From: Eledone cirrhosa
Lineage: Eukaryota
DNA length: 64,000 bases
Reading direction: 5' to 3'
NCBI GenBank assembly: GCA_964016885.1
Contig: OZ024740.1
Location: forward strand, 388,492,001 to 388,556,000
Position numbers and translations under genes: made by a program. Every line of letters starts with the position of its first letter. The first letter of the stretch is position 1. Positions 1 through 14,300 of the stretch are shown here, one piece after another. Under the pieces are notes generated by a model. It ran no database searches, was not told where the DNA came from, and was given only the letters and a program-made list of their open reading frames with translations.

Positions 1-3000
1 GTCCAGAGAGAGAGACAAGGGAGACTATATTAAGACTAGTATATGTCTACAGTCTAGGGAGAGAGACAAAGGAGACTATATTAAGACTAGAATATGTCTA
101 CAGTCTAGGGAGAGAGACAAAGGTGACTATATTAAGACTAGTATACGTCTACAGTCTAGGGAGAGAGACAAAGGAGACTATATTAAAACTAGTATATGTC
201 TACAGTCCAGGGAGAGAGACAAAGGAGACTATATTAAGACTAGTATACGTCTACAGTCTAGGGAGAGAGACAAGGGAGACTATATTAAGACTAGTATATG
301 TCTACAGTCTAGGGAGAGAGACAAAGGTGACTATATTAAGACTAGTATACGTCTACAGTCTAGGGAGAGAGACAAGGGAGACTATATTAAGACTAGTATA
401 TGTCTACAGTCTAGGGAGAGAGAGAAAGGTGACCATATTAAGACTAGTATATGTCTACAATCTAGGGAGAGAGACAAGGGAGACTATATTAAGACTAGTA
501 TACGTCTACAGTCTAGGGAGAGAGACAAAGGAGACTATATTAAGACTAGTATATGTCTACAATCTAGGGAGAGAGACAAAGGTGACTATATTAAAACTAG
601 TATATGTCTACAGTCTAGGGAGAGAGACAAGGGAGACTATATTAAAACTAGTATATGTCTACAGTCTAGGGAGAGAGACAAGGGAGACTATATTAAGACT
701 AGTATATGTCTACAGTCTAGGGAGAGAGACAAGGGAGACTATATTAAGACTAGTATACGTCTACAGTCTAGGGAGAGAGACAAAGGTGACTATTTTACGA
801 CTAGTATACGTCTACAGTCTAGGGAGAGAGACAAGGGAGACTATATTAAGACTAGTACATGTTTATAGTCTAGGGAGAGAGACAAAGGTGACTATATTAA
901 GACTAGTATATGTCTACAATCTAGGGAGAGAGACAAAGGTGACAATATTAAGACTAGTATATGTCTACAGTCTAGGGAGAGAGACAAGGGAGACTATATT
1001 AAGACTAGTATATGTCTACAGTCTAGGGAGAGAGACAAAGGTGACTATATTAAGACTAGTATATGTCTACAATCTAGGGAGAGAGACAAAGGTGACAATA
1101 TTAAGACTAGTATATGTCTACAGTCTAGGGAGAGAGACAAGGGAGACTATATTAAGACTAGTATATGTCTACAGTCTAGGGACAGAGACAAGGGAGACTA
1201 TATTAAGACTAGTATATGTCTACAGTCTAGGGAGAGAGACAAAGGTGACAATATTAAGACTAGTATATGTCTACAGTCTAGGGAGAGAGACAAGGGAGAC
1301 TATATTAAGACTAGTATATGTCTACAGTCTAGGGAGAGAGACAAGGGAGACCATATTAAGACTAGTATATGTCTACAGTCTAGGGAAAGAGACAAAGGAG
1401 ACTATATTAAGACTAGTATATGTCGACACTCTAGGGAGAGAGAGAAAGGTGACCATATTAAGACTAGTATATGTCTACAATCTAGGGAGAGAGATAAGGG
1501 AGACTATATCAAGACTAGTATACGTCTACATCTAGAGAGAGAGAGACAAAGGTGACTATATCAAGACTAGTATACGTCTACAGTCTAGGGAGAAAGACAA
1601 GGGAGACTATATCAAGACTAGTAAATGTCTACAGTCTAGGGAAAGAGACAAAGGAGACTATATTAAGACTAGTATACGTCTACAGTCTAGGGAGAGAGAC
1701 AAGGGAGACTATATTAAGACTAGTATATGTCTACAGTCTAGGGAGAGAGACAAAGGTGACTATATTAAGACTAGTATACGTCTACAGTCTAGGGAGAGAG
1801 ACAAGGGAGACTATATTAAGACTAGTATATGTCTACAGTCTAGGGAAAGAGACAAAGGAGACTATATTAAGACTAGTATATGTCTACAGTCTAGGGAGAG
1901 AGACAAGGGAGACTATATTAAGACTAGTATATGTCTACAGTCTAGGGAGAGAGAGACAAGGGGGACTATATTAAGACTAGTATATGTCTACAGTCTAGGG
2001 AGAGAGACACCTGGTGACTATATTAAGACAAGTATACGTCTACAGTCTAGGGAGAGAGACAAGGGAGACTATATTAAGACTAGTATATGTTTATAGTCTA
2101 GGGAGAGAGACAAATGTGACTATATTAAGACTAGTATACGTCTACAGTCTAGGGAGAGAGACAAGGGAGACTATATTAAGACTAGTATATGTCTACAGTC
2201 TAGGGAGAGAGACAAAGGTGACTATATTAAGACTAGTATATGTCTACAGTCTAGGGAGAGAGAGACAAGGGAGACTATATTAAGACGAGTATACGTCTAC
2301 AGTCTAGGGAGAGAGACAAGGGAGACTATATTAAGACTAGTATATGTCTACAGTCTAGGGAGAGAGACAAGGGAGACTATATTAAAACTAGTATATGTCT
2401 ACAGTCCAGGGAGAGAGACAAAGGTGACTATATTAAGACTAGTATATGTCTACAGTCCAGGGAGAGAGACAAGGGAGACTATATTAAGACTAGTATACGT
2501 CTACAGACTAGGGAGAGAGACAAGGGAGACTATATTAAGACTAGTATATGTCTACAGTCTAGGGAAAGAGACAAAGGAGACTATATTAAGACTAGTATAT
2601 GTCTACAGTCTAGGGAGAGAGATAAAGGAGACTATATTAAGACTAGTATATGTCTACAGTCTAGGGAGAGAGACAAAGGAGACTATATTAAGACTAGTAT
2701 ATGTCTACAGTCTAGGGAGAGAGACAAAGGAGACTATATTAAGACTAGTATATGTCTACAGTCTAGGGAGAGAGACAAGGGAGACTATATTAAGACTAGT
2801 ATATGTCTACAGTCTAGGGAGAGAGACAAGGGAGACTATATTAAGACTAGTATATGTCTACAGTCTAGGGAGAGAGACAAAGGAGACTATATTAAGACTA
2901 GTATACGTCTACAGTCTAGGGAGAGAGACAAGGGAGACTATATTAAGACTAGTATACGTCTACAGACTAGGGAGAGAGACAAGGGAGACTATATTAAGAC

Positions 3001-4899
3001 TAGTATATGTCTACAGTCTAGGGAAAGAGACAAAGGAGACTATATTAAGACTAGTATATGTCTACAGTCTAGGGAGAGAGACAAAGGAGACTATATTAAG
3101 ACTAGTATATGTCTACAGTCTAGGGAGAGAGACAAAGGAGACTTTATTAAGACTAGTATACGTCTACAGTCTAGGGAGAGAGACAAGGGAGACTATATTA
3201 AGACTAGTATATGTCTACCGTCTAGGGAGAGAGACAAGGGAGACTATATTAAGACTAGTATACGTCTACAGTCTAGGGAGAGAGACAAAGGTGACTATTT
3301 TACGACTAGTATACGTCTACAGTCTAGGGAGAGAGACAAGGGAGACTATATTAAGACTAGTACATGTTTATAGTCTAGGGAGAGAGACAAAGGTGACTAT
3401 ATTAAGACTAGTATATGTCTACAATCTAGGGAGAGAGACAAAGGTGACAATATTAAGACTAGTATATGTCTACAGTCTAGGGAGAGAGACAAGGGAGACT
3501 ATATTAAGACTAGTATATGTCTACAGTCTAGGGAGAGAGACAAAGGTGACTATATTAAGACTAGTATATGTCTACAATCTAGGGAGAGAGACAAAGGTGA
3601 CAATATTAAGACTAGTATATGTCTACAGTCTAGGGAGAGAGACAAGGGAGACTATATTAAGACTAGTATATGTCTACAGTCTAGGGACAGAGACAAGGGA
3701 GACTATATTAAGACTAGTATATGTCTACAGTCTAGGGAGAGAGACAAAGGTGACAATATTAAGACTAGTATATGTCTACAGTCTAGGGAGAGAGACAAGG
3801 GAGACTATATTAAGACTAGTATATGTCTACAGTCTAGGGAGAGAGACAAGGGAGACCATATTAAGACTAGTATATGTCTACAGTCTAGGGAAAGAGACAA
3901 AGGAGACTATATTAAGACTAGTATATGTCGACACTCTAGGGAGAGAGAGAAAGGTGACCATATTAAGACTAGTATATGTCTACAATCTAGGGAGAGAGAT
4001 AAGGGAGACTATATCAAGACTAGTATACGTCTACATCTAGAGAGAGAGAGACAAAGGTGACTATATCAAGACTAGTATACGTCTACAGTCTAGGGAGAAA
4101 GACAAGGGAGACTATATCAAGACTAGTAAATGTCTACAGTCTAGGGAAAGAGACAAAGGAGACTATATTAAGACTAGTATACGTCTACAGTCTAGGGAGA
4201 GAGACAAGGGAGACTATATTAAGACTAGTATATGTCTACAGTCTAGGGAGAGAGACAAAGGTGACTATATTAAGACTAGTATACGTCTACAGTCTAGGGA
4301 GAGAGACAAGGGAGACTATATTAAGACTAGTATATGTCTACAGTCTAGGGAAAGAGACAAAGGAGACTATATTAAGACTAGTATATGTCTACAGTCTAGG
4401 GAGAGAGACAAGGGAGACTATATTAAGACTAGTATATGTCTACAGTCTAGGGAGAGAGAGACAAGGGGGACTATATTAAGACTAGTATATGTCTACAGTC
4501 TAGGGAGAGAGACACCTGGTGACTATATTAAGACAAGTATACGTCTACAGTCTAGGGAGAGAGACAAGGGAGACTATATTAAGACTAGTATATGTTTATA
4601 GTCTAGGGAGAGAGACAAATGTGACTATATTAAGACTAGTATACGTCTACAGTCTAGGGAGAGAGACAAGGGAGACTATATTAAGACTAGTATATGTCTA
4701 CAGTCTAGGGAGAGAGACAAAGGTGACTATATTAAGACTAGTATATGTCTACAGTCTAGGGAGAGAGAGACAAGGGAGACTATATTAAGACGAGTATACG
4801 TCTACAGTCTAGGGAGAGAGACAAGGGAGACTATATTAAGACTAGTATATGTCTACAGTCTAGGGAGAGAGACAAGGGAGACTATATTAAAACTAGTAT

Positions 4900-7800
4900 A
4901 TGTCTACAGTCCAGGGAGAGAGACAAAGGTGACTATATTAAGACTAGTATATGTCTACAGTCCAGGGAGAGAGACAAGGGAGACTATATTAAGACTAGTA
5001 TACGTCTACAGACTAGGGAGAGAGACAAGGGAGACTATATTAAGACTAGTATATGTCTACAGTCTAGGGAAAGAGACAAAGGAGACTATATTAAGACTAG
5101 TATATGTCTACAGTCTAGGGAGAGAGACAAAGGAGACTATATTAAGACTAGTATATGTCTACAGTCTAGGGAGAGAGACAAAGGAGACTATATTAAGACT
5201 AGTATATGTCTACAGTCTAGGGAGAGAGACAAAGGAGACTATATTAAGACTAGTATATGTCTACAGTCTAGGGAGAGAGACAAGGGAGACTATATTAAGA
5301 CTAGTATATGTCTACAGTCTAGGGAGAGAGACAAGGGAGACTATATTAAGACTAGTATATGTCTACAGTCTAGGGAGAGAGACAAAGGAGACTATATTAA
5401 GACTAGTATACGTCTACAGTCTAGGGAGAGAGACAAGGGAGACTATATTAAGACTAGTATACGTCTACAGACTAGGGAGAGAGACAAGGGAGACTATATT
5501 AAGACTAGTATATGTCTACAGTCTAGGGAAAGAGACAAAGGAGACTATATTAAGACTAGTATATGTCTACAGTCTAGGGAGAGAGACAAAGGAGACTATA
5601 TTAAGACTAGTATATGTCTACAGTCTAGGGAGAGAGACAAAGGAGACTTTATTAAGACTAGTATACGTCTACAGTCTAGGGAGAGAGACAAGGGAGACTA
5701 TATTAAGACTAGTATATGTCTACCGTCTAGGGAGAGAGACAAGGGAGACTATATTAAGACTAGTATATGTCTACAGTCTAGGGAGAGAGACAAAGGTGAC
5801 TATATTAAGACTAGTATATGTCTACAGTCTAGGGAAAGAGACACAGGAGACTATTTTAAGACTAGTATATTTCTACAGTCTAGGGAAAGAGACAAAGGAG
5901 ACTATATTAAGACTAGTATATGTCTACAGTCTAGGGAGAGAGAGAAGGGAGACTATATTAAGACTAGTATATGTCTACAGTCTAGGGAGAGAGACAAGGG
6001 AGACTATATTAAGACTAGTATATGTCTACAGTCTAGGGAGAGAGACAAGGGAGACTATATTAAGACTAGTATATGTCTACAGTCTAGGGAGAGAGACAAG
6101 GGAGACTATATTAAGACTAGTATATGTCTACAGTCTAGGGAGAGAGACAAGGGAGACTATATTAAGACTAGTATATGTCTACAGTCTAGGGAGAGAGACA
6201 AAGGAGACTATATTAAGACTAGTATACGTCTACAGTCTAGGGAGAGAGACAAGGGAGACTATATTAAGACTAGTATATGTCTACAGTCTAGGGAGAGAGA
6301 CAAAGGTGACTATATTAAGACTAGTATATGTCTACAGTCTAGGGAGAAAGACAAGGGAGACTATATTAAGACTAGTATATGTCTACAGTCTAGGGAAAGA
6401 GACAAAGGAGACTATATTAAGACTAGTATATGTCTACAGTCTAGGGAGAGAGACAAAGGAGACTATATTAAGACTAGTATATGTCTACAGTCTAGGGAGA
6501 GAGACAAGGGAGACTATATTAAGACTAGTATATGTCTACAGTCTAGGGAGAGAGACAAGGGAGACTATATTAAGACTAGTATATGTCTACAGTCTAGGGA
6601 GAGAGACAAAGGAGACTATATTAAGACTAGTATATGTCTACAGTCTAGGGAGAGAGACAAGGGAGACTATATTAAGACTAGTATATGTCTACAGTCTAGG
6701 GAGAGAGACAAGGGAGACTATATTAAGACAAGTATATATCTACAGTCTAGGGAGAGAGACAAGGGAGACTATATTAAGACTAGTATATGTCTACAGTCTA
6801 GGGAAAGAGACAAAGGAGACTATATTAAGACTAGTATATGTCTACAGTCTAGGGAGAGAGACAAGGGAGACTATATTTAAACTAGCATATGTCTACAGTC
6901 TAGGGAGAGAGAGAGAGGAGACTATATTAAGACTAGTATATGTCTACAGTCTAGGGAGAGAGAGAAAGGAGACTATATTAAAACTAGTATATGTCTACAG
7001 TCTAGGGAGAGAGACAAGGGAGACTATATTTAAACTAGCATATGTCTACAGTCTAGGGAGAGAGAGAAAGGAGACTATATTGAAACTAGTATATGTCTAC
7101 AGTCCAGGGAGAGAGACAAAGGTGACTATATTAAGACTAGTATATGTCTACAGTCCAGGGAGAGAGACAAAGGAGACTATATTAAGACTAGTATATGTCT
7201 ACAGTCTAGGGAGAGAGACAAGGGAGACTATATTAAGACTAGTATATGTCTACAGTCTAGGGAGAGAGACAAGGGAGACTATATTAAGACTAGTATATGT
7301 CTACGATCTAGGGAAAGAGACAAAGGAGACTATATTAAGACTAGTATATGTCTACAGTCTAGGGAGAGAGACAAAGGAGACTATATTAAGACTAGTATAT
7401 GTCTACAGTCTAGGGAGAGAGACAAAGGAGACTATATTAAGACTAGTATATGTCTACAGTCTAGGGAGAGAGACAAAGGAGACTATATTAAGACTAGTAT
7501 ATGTCTACAGTCTAGGGAGAGAGACAAGGGAGACTATATTAAGACTAGTATATGTCTACAGTCTAGGGAGAGAGACAAGGGAGACTATATTAATACTAGT
7601 ATATGTCTACAGTCTAGGGAAAGAGACAAAGGAGACTATATTAAGACTAGTATATGTCTACAGTCTAGGGAGAGAGACAAAGGAGACTATATTAAGACTA
7701 GTATATGTCTACAGTCTAGGGAGAGAGACAAAGGAGACTATATTAAGACTAGTATATGTCTACAGTCTAGGGAGAGAGACAAAGGAGACTATATTAAGAC

Positions 7801-10800
7801 TAGTATATGTTTACAGTCTAGGGAGAGAGACAAAGGAGACTATATTAAGACTAGTATATGTCTACAGTCTAGGGAGAGAGACAAAGGAGACTATATTAAG
7901 ACTAGTATACGTCTACAGTCTAGGGAGAGAGACAAGGGAGACTATATTAAGACTAGTATACGTCTACAGTCTAGGGAGAGAGACAAGGGAGACTATATTA
8001 AGACTAGTATATGTCTACAGTCTAGGGAAAGAGACAAAGGGGACTATATTAAGACTAGTATATGTCTACAGTCTAGGGAGAGAGACAAAGGAGACTATAT
8101 TAAGACTAGTATATGTCTACAGTCTAGGGAGAGAGACAAAGGAGACTATATTAAGACTAGTATATGTCTACAGTCTAGGGAGAGAGACAAGGGAGACTAT
8201 ATTAAGACTAGTATATGTCTACAGTCTAGGGAGAGAGACAAAGGAGACTATATTAAGACTAGTATACGTCTACAGTCTAGGAAGAGAGACAAGGGAGACT
8301 ATATTAAGACTAGTATATGTCTACAGTCTAGGGAAAGAGACAAAGGAGACTATATTAAGACTAGTATATGTCTACAGTCTAGGGAGAGAGACAAGGGGGA
8401 CTATATTTAAACTAGCATATGTCTACAGTCTAGGGAGAGAGAGAAAGGAGACTATATTAAGACTAGTATATGTCTACAGTCTAGGGAGAGAGAGAAAGGA
8501 GACTATATTAAAACTAGTATATGTCTACAGTCTAGGGAGAGAGACAAGGGAGACTATATTTAAACTAGCATATGTCTACAGTCTAGGGAGAGAGAGAAAG
8601 GAGACTATATTAAAACTAGTATATGTCTACAGTCCAGGGAGAGAGACAAAGGTGACTATATTAAGACTAGTATATGTCTACAGTCCAGGGAGAGAGACAA
8701 GGGAGACTATATTAAGACTAGTATACGTCTACAGACTAGGGAGAGAGACAAGGGAGACTATATTAAGACTAGTATATGTCTACAGTCTAGGGAAAGAGAC
8801 AAAGGAGACTATATTAAGACTAGTATATGTCTACAGTCTAGGGAGAGAGACAAAGGAGACTATATTAAGACTAGTATATGTCTACAGTCTAGGGAGAGAG
8901 ACAAAGGAGACTATATTAAGACTAGTATATGTCTACAGTCTAGGGAGAGAGACAAAGGAGACTATATTAAGACTAGTATATGTCTACAGTCTAGGGAGAG
9001 AGACAAGGGAGACTATATTAAGACTAGTATATGTCTACAGTCTAGGGAGAGAGACAAGGGAGACTATATTAAGACTAGTATATGTCTACAGTCTAGGGAG
9101 AGAGACAAAGGAGACTATATTAAGACTAGTATACGTCTACAGTCTAGGGAGAGAGACAAGGGAGACTATATTAAGACTAGTATACGTCTACAGACTAGGG
9201 AGAGAGACAAGGGAGACTATATTAAGACTAGTATATGTCTACAGTCTAGGGAAAGAGACAAAGGAGACTATATTAAGACTAGTATATGTCTACAGTCTAG
9301 GGAGAGAGACAAAGGAGACTATATTAAGACTAGTATATGTCTACAGTCTAGGGAGAGAGACAAAGGAGACTTTATTAAGACTAGTATACGTCTACAGTCT
9401 AGGGAGAGAGACAAGGGAGACTATATTAAGACTAGTATATGTCTACCGTCTAGGGAGAGAGACAAGGGAGACTATATTAAGACTAGTATATGTCTACAGT
9501 CTAGGGAGAGAGACAAAGGTGACTATGTTAAGACTAGTATATGTCTACAGTATAGGGAAAGAGACACAGGAGACTATTTTAAGACTAGTATATTTCTACA
9601 GTCTAGGGAAAGAGACAAAGGAGACTATATTAAGACTAGTATATGTCTACAGTCTAGGGAGAGAGACAAGGGAGACTATATTAAGACTAGTATATGTCTA
9701 CAGTCTAGGGAGAGAGACAAGGGAGACTATATTAAGACTAGTATATGTCTACAGTCTAGGGAGAGAGACAAGGGAGACTATATTAAGACTAGTATATGTC
9801 TACAGTCTAGGGAGAGAGACAAGGGAGACTATATTAAGACTAGTATATGTCTACAGTCTAGGGAGAGAGACAAGGGAGACTATATTAAGACTAGTATATG
9901 TCTACAGTCTAGGGAGAGAGACAAAGGAGACTATATTAAGACTAGTATACGTCTACAGTCTAGGGAGAGAGACAAGGGAGACTATATTAAGACTAGTATA
10001 TGTCTACAGTCTAGGGAGAGAGACAAAGGTGACTATATTAAGACTAGTATATGTCTACAGTCTAGGGAGAAAGACAAGGGAGACTATATTAAGACTAGTA
10101 TATGTCTACAGTCTAGGGAAAGAGACAAAGGAGACTATATTAAGACTAGTATATGTCTACAGTCTAGGGAGAGTGACAAAGGAGACTATATTAAGACTAG
10201 TATATGTCTACAGTCTAGGGAGAGAGACAAGGGAGACTATATTAAGACTAGTATATGTCTACAGTCTAGGGAGAGAGACAAGGGAGACTATATTAAGACT
10301 AGTATATGTCTACAGTCTAGGGAGAGAGACAAAGGAGACTATATTAAGACTAGTATATGTCTACAGTCTAGGGAGAGAGACAAGGGAGACTATATTAAGA
10401 CTAGTATATGTCTACAGTCTAGGGAGAGAGACAAGGGAGACTATATTAAGACAAGTATATATCTACAGTCTAGGGAGAGAGACAAGGGAGACTATATTAA
10501 GACTAGTATATGTCTACAGTCTAGGGAAAGAGACAAAGGAGACAATATTAAGACTAGTATATGTCTACAGTCTAGGGAGAGAGACAAGGGAGACTATATT
10601 TAAACTAGCATATGTCTACAGTCTAGGGAGAGAGAGAGAGGAGACTATATTAAGACTAGTATATGTCTACAGTCTAGGGAGAGAGAGAAAGGAGACTATA
10701 TTAAAACTAGTATATGTCTACAGTCTAGGGAGAGAGACAAGGGAGACTATATTTAAACTAGCATATGTCTACAGTCTAGGGAGAGAGAGAAAGGAGACTA

Positions 10801-10900
10801 TATTAAAACTAGTATATGTCTACAGTCCAGGGAGAGAGACAAAGGTGACTATATTAAGACTAGTATATGTCTACAGTCCAGGGAGAGAGACAAGGGAGAC
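4900..10900. repeat. Higher-order duplication at offset 3723 bp (73 monomers) inside the indel-free segment
   Basis: The marker ACACAGGAGACTATTTT...TATTTCTAC lies at ~5841 and ~9564 (offset 3723 = 73 x 51). The same variant order follows in both copies, e.g. RQVYIY then the IFKLAY blocks in the 4929..12920 translation. Confidence 0.85.
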
Positions 10901-11339
10901 TATATTAAGACTAGTATACGTCTACAGTCCAGGGAGAGAGACAAAGGTGACTATATTAAGACTAGTATATGTCTACAGTCTAGGGAGAGAGACAAAGGAG
11001 ACTATATTAAAACTAGTATATGTCTACAGTCCAGGGAGAGAGACAAAGGTGACTATATTAAGACTAGTATATGTTTATAGTCTAGGGAGAGAGACAAGGG
11101 AGACTATATTAAGACTAGTATACGTCTACAGTCTAGGGAGAGAGACAAAGGAGACTATATTAAAACTAGTATATGTCTACAGTCCAGGGAGAGAGACAAA
11201 GGTGACTATATTAAGACTAGTATATGTTTATAGTCTAGGGAGAGAGACAAGGGAGACTATATTAAGACTAGTATACGTCTACAGTCCAGGGAGAGAGACA
11301 AAGGTGACTATATTAAGACTAGTATATGTCTACAGTCTA

Positions 11340-14300
11340 GGGAGAGAGACAAAGGAGACTATATTAAGACTAGTATACGTCTACAGTCCAGAGAGAGAGA
11401 CAAGGGAGACTATATTAAGACTAGTATATGTCTACAGTCTAGGGAGAGAGACAAAGGAGACTATATTAAGACTAGAATATGTCTACAGTCTAGGGAGAGA
11501 GACAAAGGTGACTATATTAAGACTAGTATACGTCTACAGTCTAGGGAGAGAGACAAAGGAGACTATATTAAAACTAGTATATGTCTACAGTCCAGGGAGA
11601 GAGACAAAGGAGACTATATTAAGACTAGTATACGTCTACAGTCTAGGGAGAGAGACAAGGGAGACTATATTAAGACTAGTATATGTCTACAGTCTAGGGA
11701 GAGAGACAAAGGTGACTATATTAAGACTAGTATACGTCTACAGTCTAGGGAGAGAGACAAGGGAGACTATATTAAGACTAGTATATGTCTACAGTCTAGG
11801 GAGAGAGAGAAAGGTGACCATATTAAGACTAGTATATGTCTACAATCTAGGGAGAGAGACAAGGGAGACTATATTAAGACTAGTATACGTCTACAGTCTA
11901 GGGAGAGAGACAAAGGAGACTATATTAAGACTAGTATATGTCTACAATCTAGGGAGAGAGACAAAGGTGACTATATTAAAACTAGTATATGTCTACAGTC
12001 TAGGGAGAGAGACAAGGGAGACTATATTAAAACTAGTATATGTCTACAGTCTAGGGAGAGAGACAAGGGAGACTATATTAAGACTAGTATATGTCTACAG
12101 TCTAGGGAGAGAGACAAGGGAGACTATATTAAGACTAGTATACGTCTACAGTCTAGGGAGAGAGACAAAGGTGACTATTTTACGACTAGTATACGTCTAC
12201 AGTCTAGGGAGAGAGACAAGGGAGACTATATTAAGACTAGTACATGTTTATAGTCTAGGGAGAGAGACAAAGGTGACTATATTAAGACTAGTATATGTCT
12301 ACAATCTAGGGAGAGAGACAAAGGTGACAATATTAAGACTAGTATATGTCTACAGTCTAGGGAGAGAGACAAGGGAGACTATATTAAGACTAGTATATGT
12401 CTACAGTCTAGGGAGAGAGACAAAGGTGACTATATTAAGACTAGTATATGTCTACAATCTAGGGAGAGAGACAAAGGTGACAATATTAAGACTAGTATAT
12501 GTCTACAGTCTAGGGAGAGAGACAAGGGAGACTATATTAAGACTAGTATATGTCTACAGTCTAGGGACAGAGACAAGGGAGACTATATTAAGACTAGTAT
12601 ATGTCTACAGTCTAGGGAGAGAGACAAAGGTGACAATATTAAGACTAGTATATGTCTACAGTCTAGGGAGAGAGACAAGGGAGACTATATTAAGACTAGT
12701 ATATGTCTACAGTCTAGGGAGAGAGACAAGGGAGACCATATTAAGACTAGTATATGTCTACAGTCTAGGGAAAGAGACAAAGGAGACTATATTAAGACTA
12801 GTATATGTCGACACTCTAGGGAGAGAGAGAAAGGTGACCATATTAAGACTAGTATATGTCTACAATCTAGGGAGAGAGATAAGGGAGACTATATCAAGAC
12901 TAGTATACGTCTACATCTAGAGAGAGAGAGACAAAGGTGACTATATCAAGACTAGTATACGTCTACAGTCTAGGGAGAAAGACAAGGGAGACTATATCAA
13001 GACTAGTAAATGTCTACAGTCTAGGGAAAGAGACAAAGGAGACTATATTAAGACTAGTATACGTCTACAGTCTAGGGAGAGAGACAAGGGAGACTATATT
13101 AAGACTAGTATATGTCTACAGTCTAGGGAGAGAGACAAAGGTGACTATATTAAGACTAGTATACGTCTACAGTCTAGGGAGAGAGACAAGGGAGACTATA
13201 TTAAGACTAGTATATGTCTACAGTCTAGGGAAAGAGACAAAGGAGACTATATTAAGACTAGTATATGTCTACAGTCTAGGGAGAGAGACAAGGGAGACTA
13301 TATTAAGACTAGTATATGTCTACAGTCTAGGGAGAGAGAGACAAGGGGGACTATATTAAGACTAGTATATGTCTACAGTCTAGGGAGAGAGACACCTGGT
13401 GACTATATTAAGACAAGTATACGTCTACAGTCTAGGGAGAGAGACAAGGGAGACTATATTAAGACTAGTATATGTCTACAGTCTAGGGAAAGAGACAAAG
13501 GAGACTATATTAAGACTAGTATATGTCTACAGTCTAGGGAGAGAGACAAGGGAGACTATATTAAGACTAGTATATGTCTACAGTCTAGGGAGAGAGAGAC
13601 AAGGGGGACTATATTAAGACTAGTATATGTCTACAGTCTAGGGAGAGAGACACCTGGTGACTATATTAAGACAAGTATACGTCTACAGTCTAGGGAGAGA
13701 GACAAGGGAGACTATATTAAGACTAGTATATGTTTATAGTCTAGGGAGAGAGACAAATGTGACTATATTAAGACTAGTATACGTCTACAGTCTAGGGAGA
13801 GAGACAAGGGAGACTATATTAAGACTAGTATATGTCTACAGTCTAGGGAGAGAGACAAAGGTGACTATATTAAGACTAGTATATGTCTACAGTCTAGGGA
13901 GAGAGAGACAAGGGAGACTATATTAAGACGAGTATACGTCTACAGTCTAGGGAGAGAGACAAGGGAGACTATATTAAGACTAGTATATGTCTACAGTCTA
14001 GGGAGAGAGACAAGGGAGACTATATTAAGACTAGTATATGTCTACAGTCTAGGGAGAGAGACAAGGGAGACTATATTAAGACTAGTATATGTCTACAGTC
14101 TAGGGAGAGAGACGAGGGAGACTATATTAAGACTAGTATACGTCTACAGTCTAGGGAGAGAGACAAGGGAGACTATATTAAGACTAGTATATGTCTACAG
14201 TCTAGGGAGAGAGACAAGGGAGACTAAATTAAGACTAGTATACGTCTACAGTCTAGGGAGAGAGACAACGGAGACTATATTAAGACTAGTATATGTCTAC

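Noticed and set aside
1940-2020. Compensating indels (+2 then +1) restoring frame as evidence of coding selection
   Set aside because: This is a single event copied by duplication. Other indel combinations (net +1 near 1535, +2/-1 near 22090-22350, +2/+2 near 34580-34630) do not restore frame.
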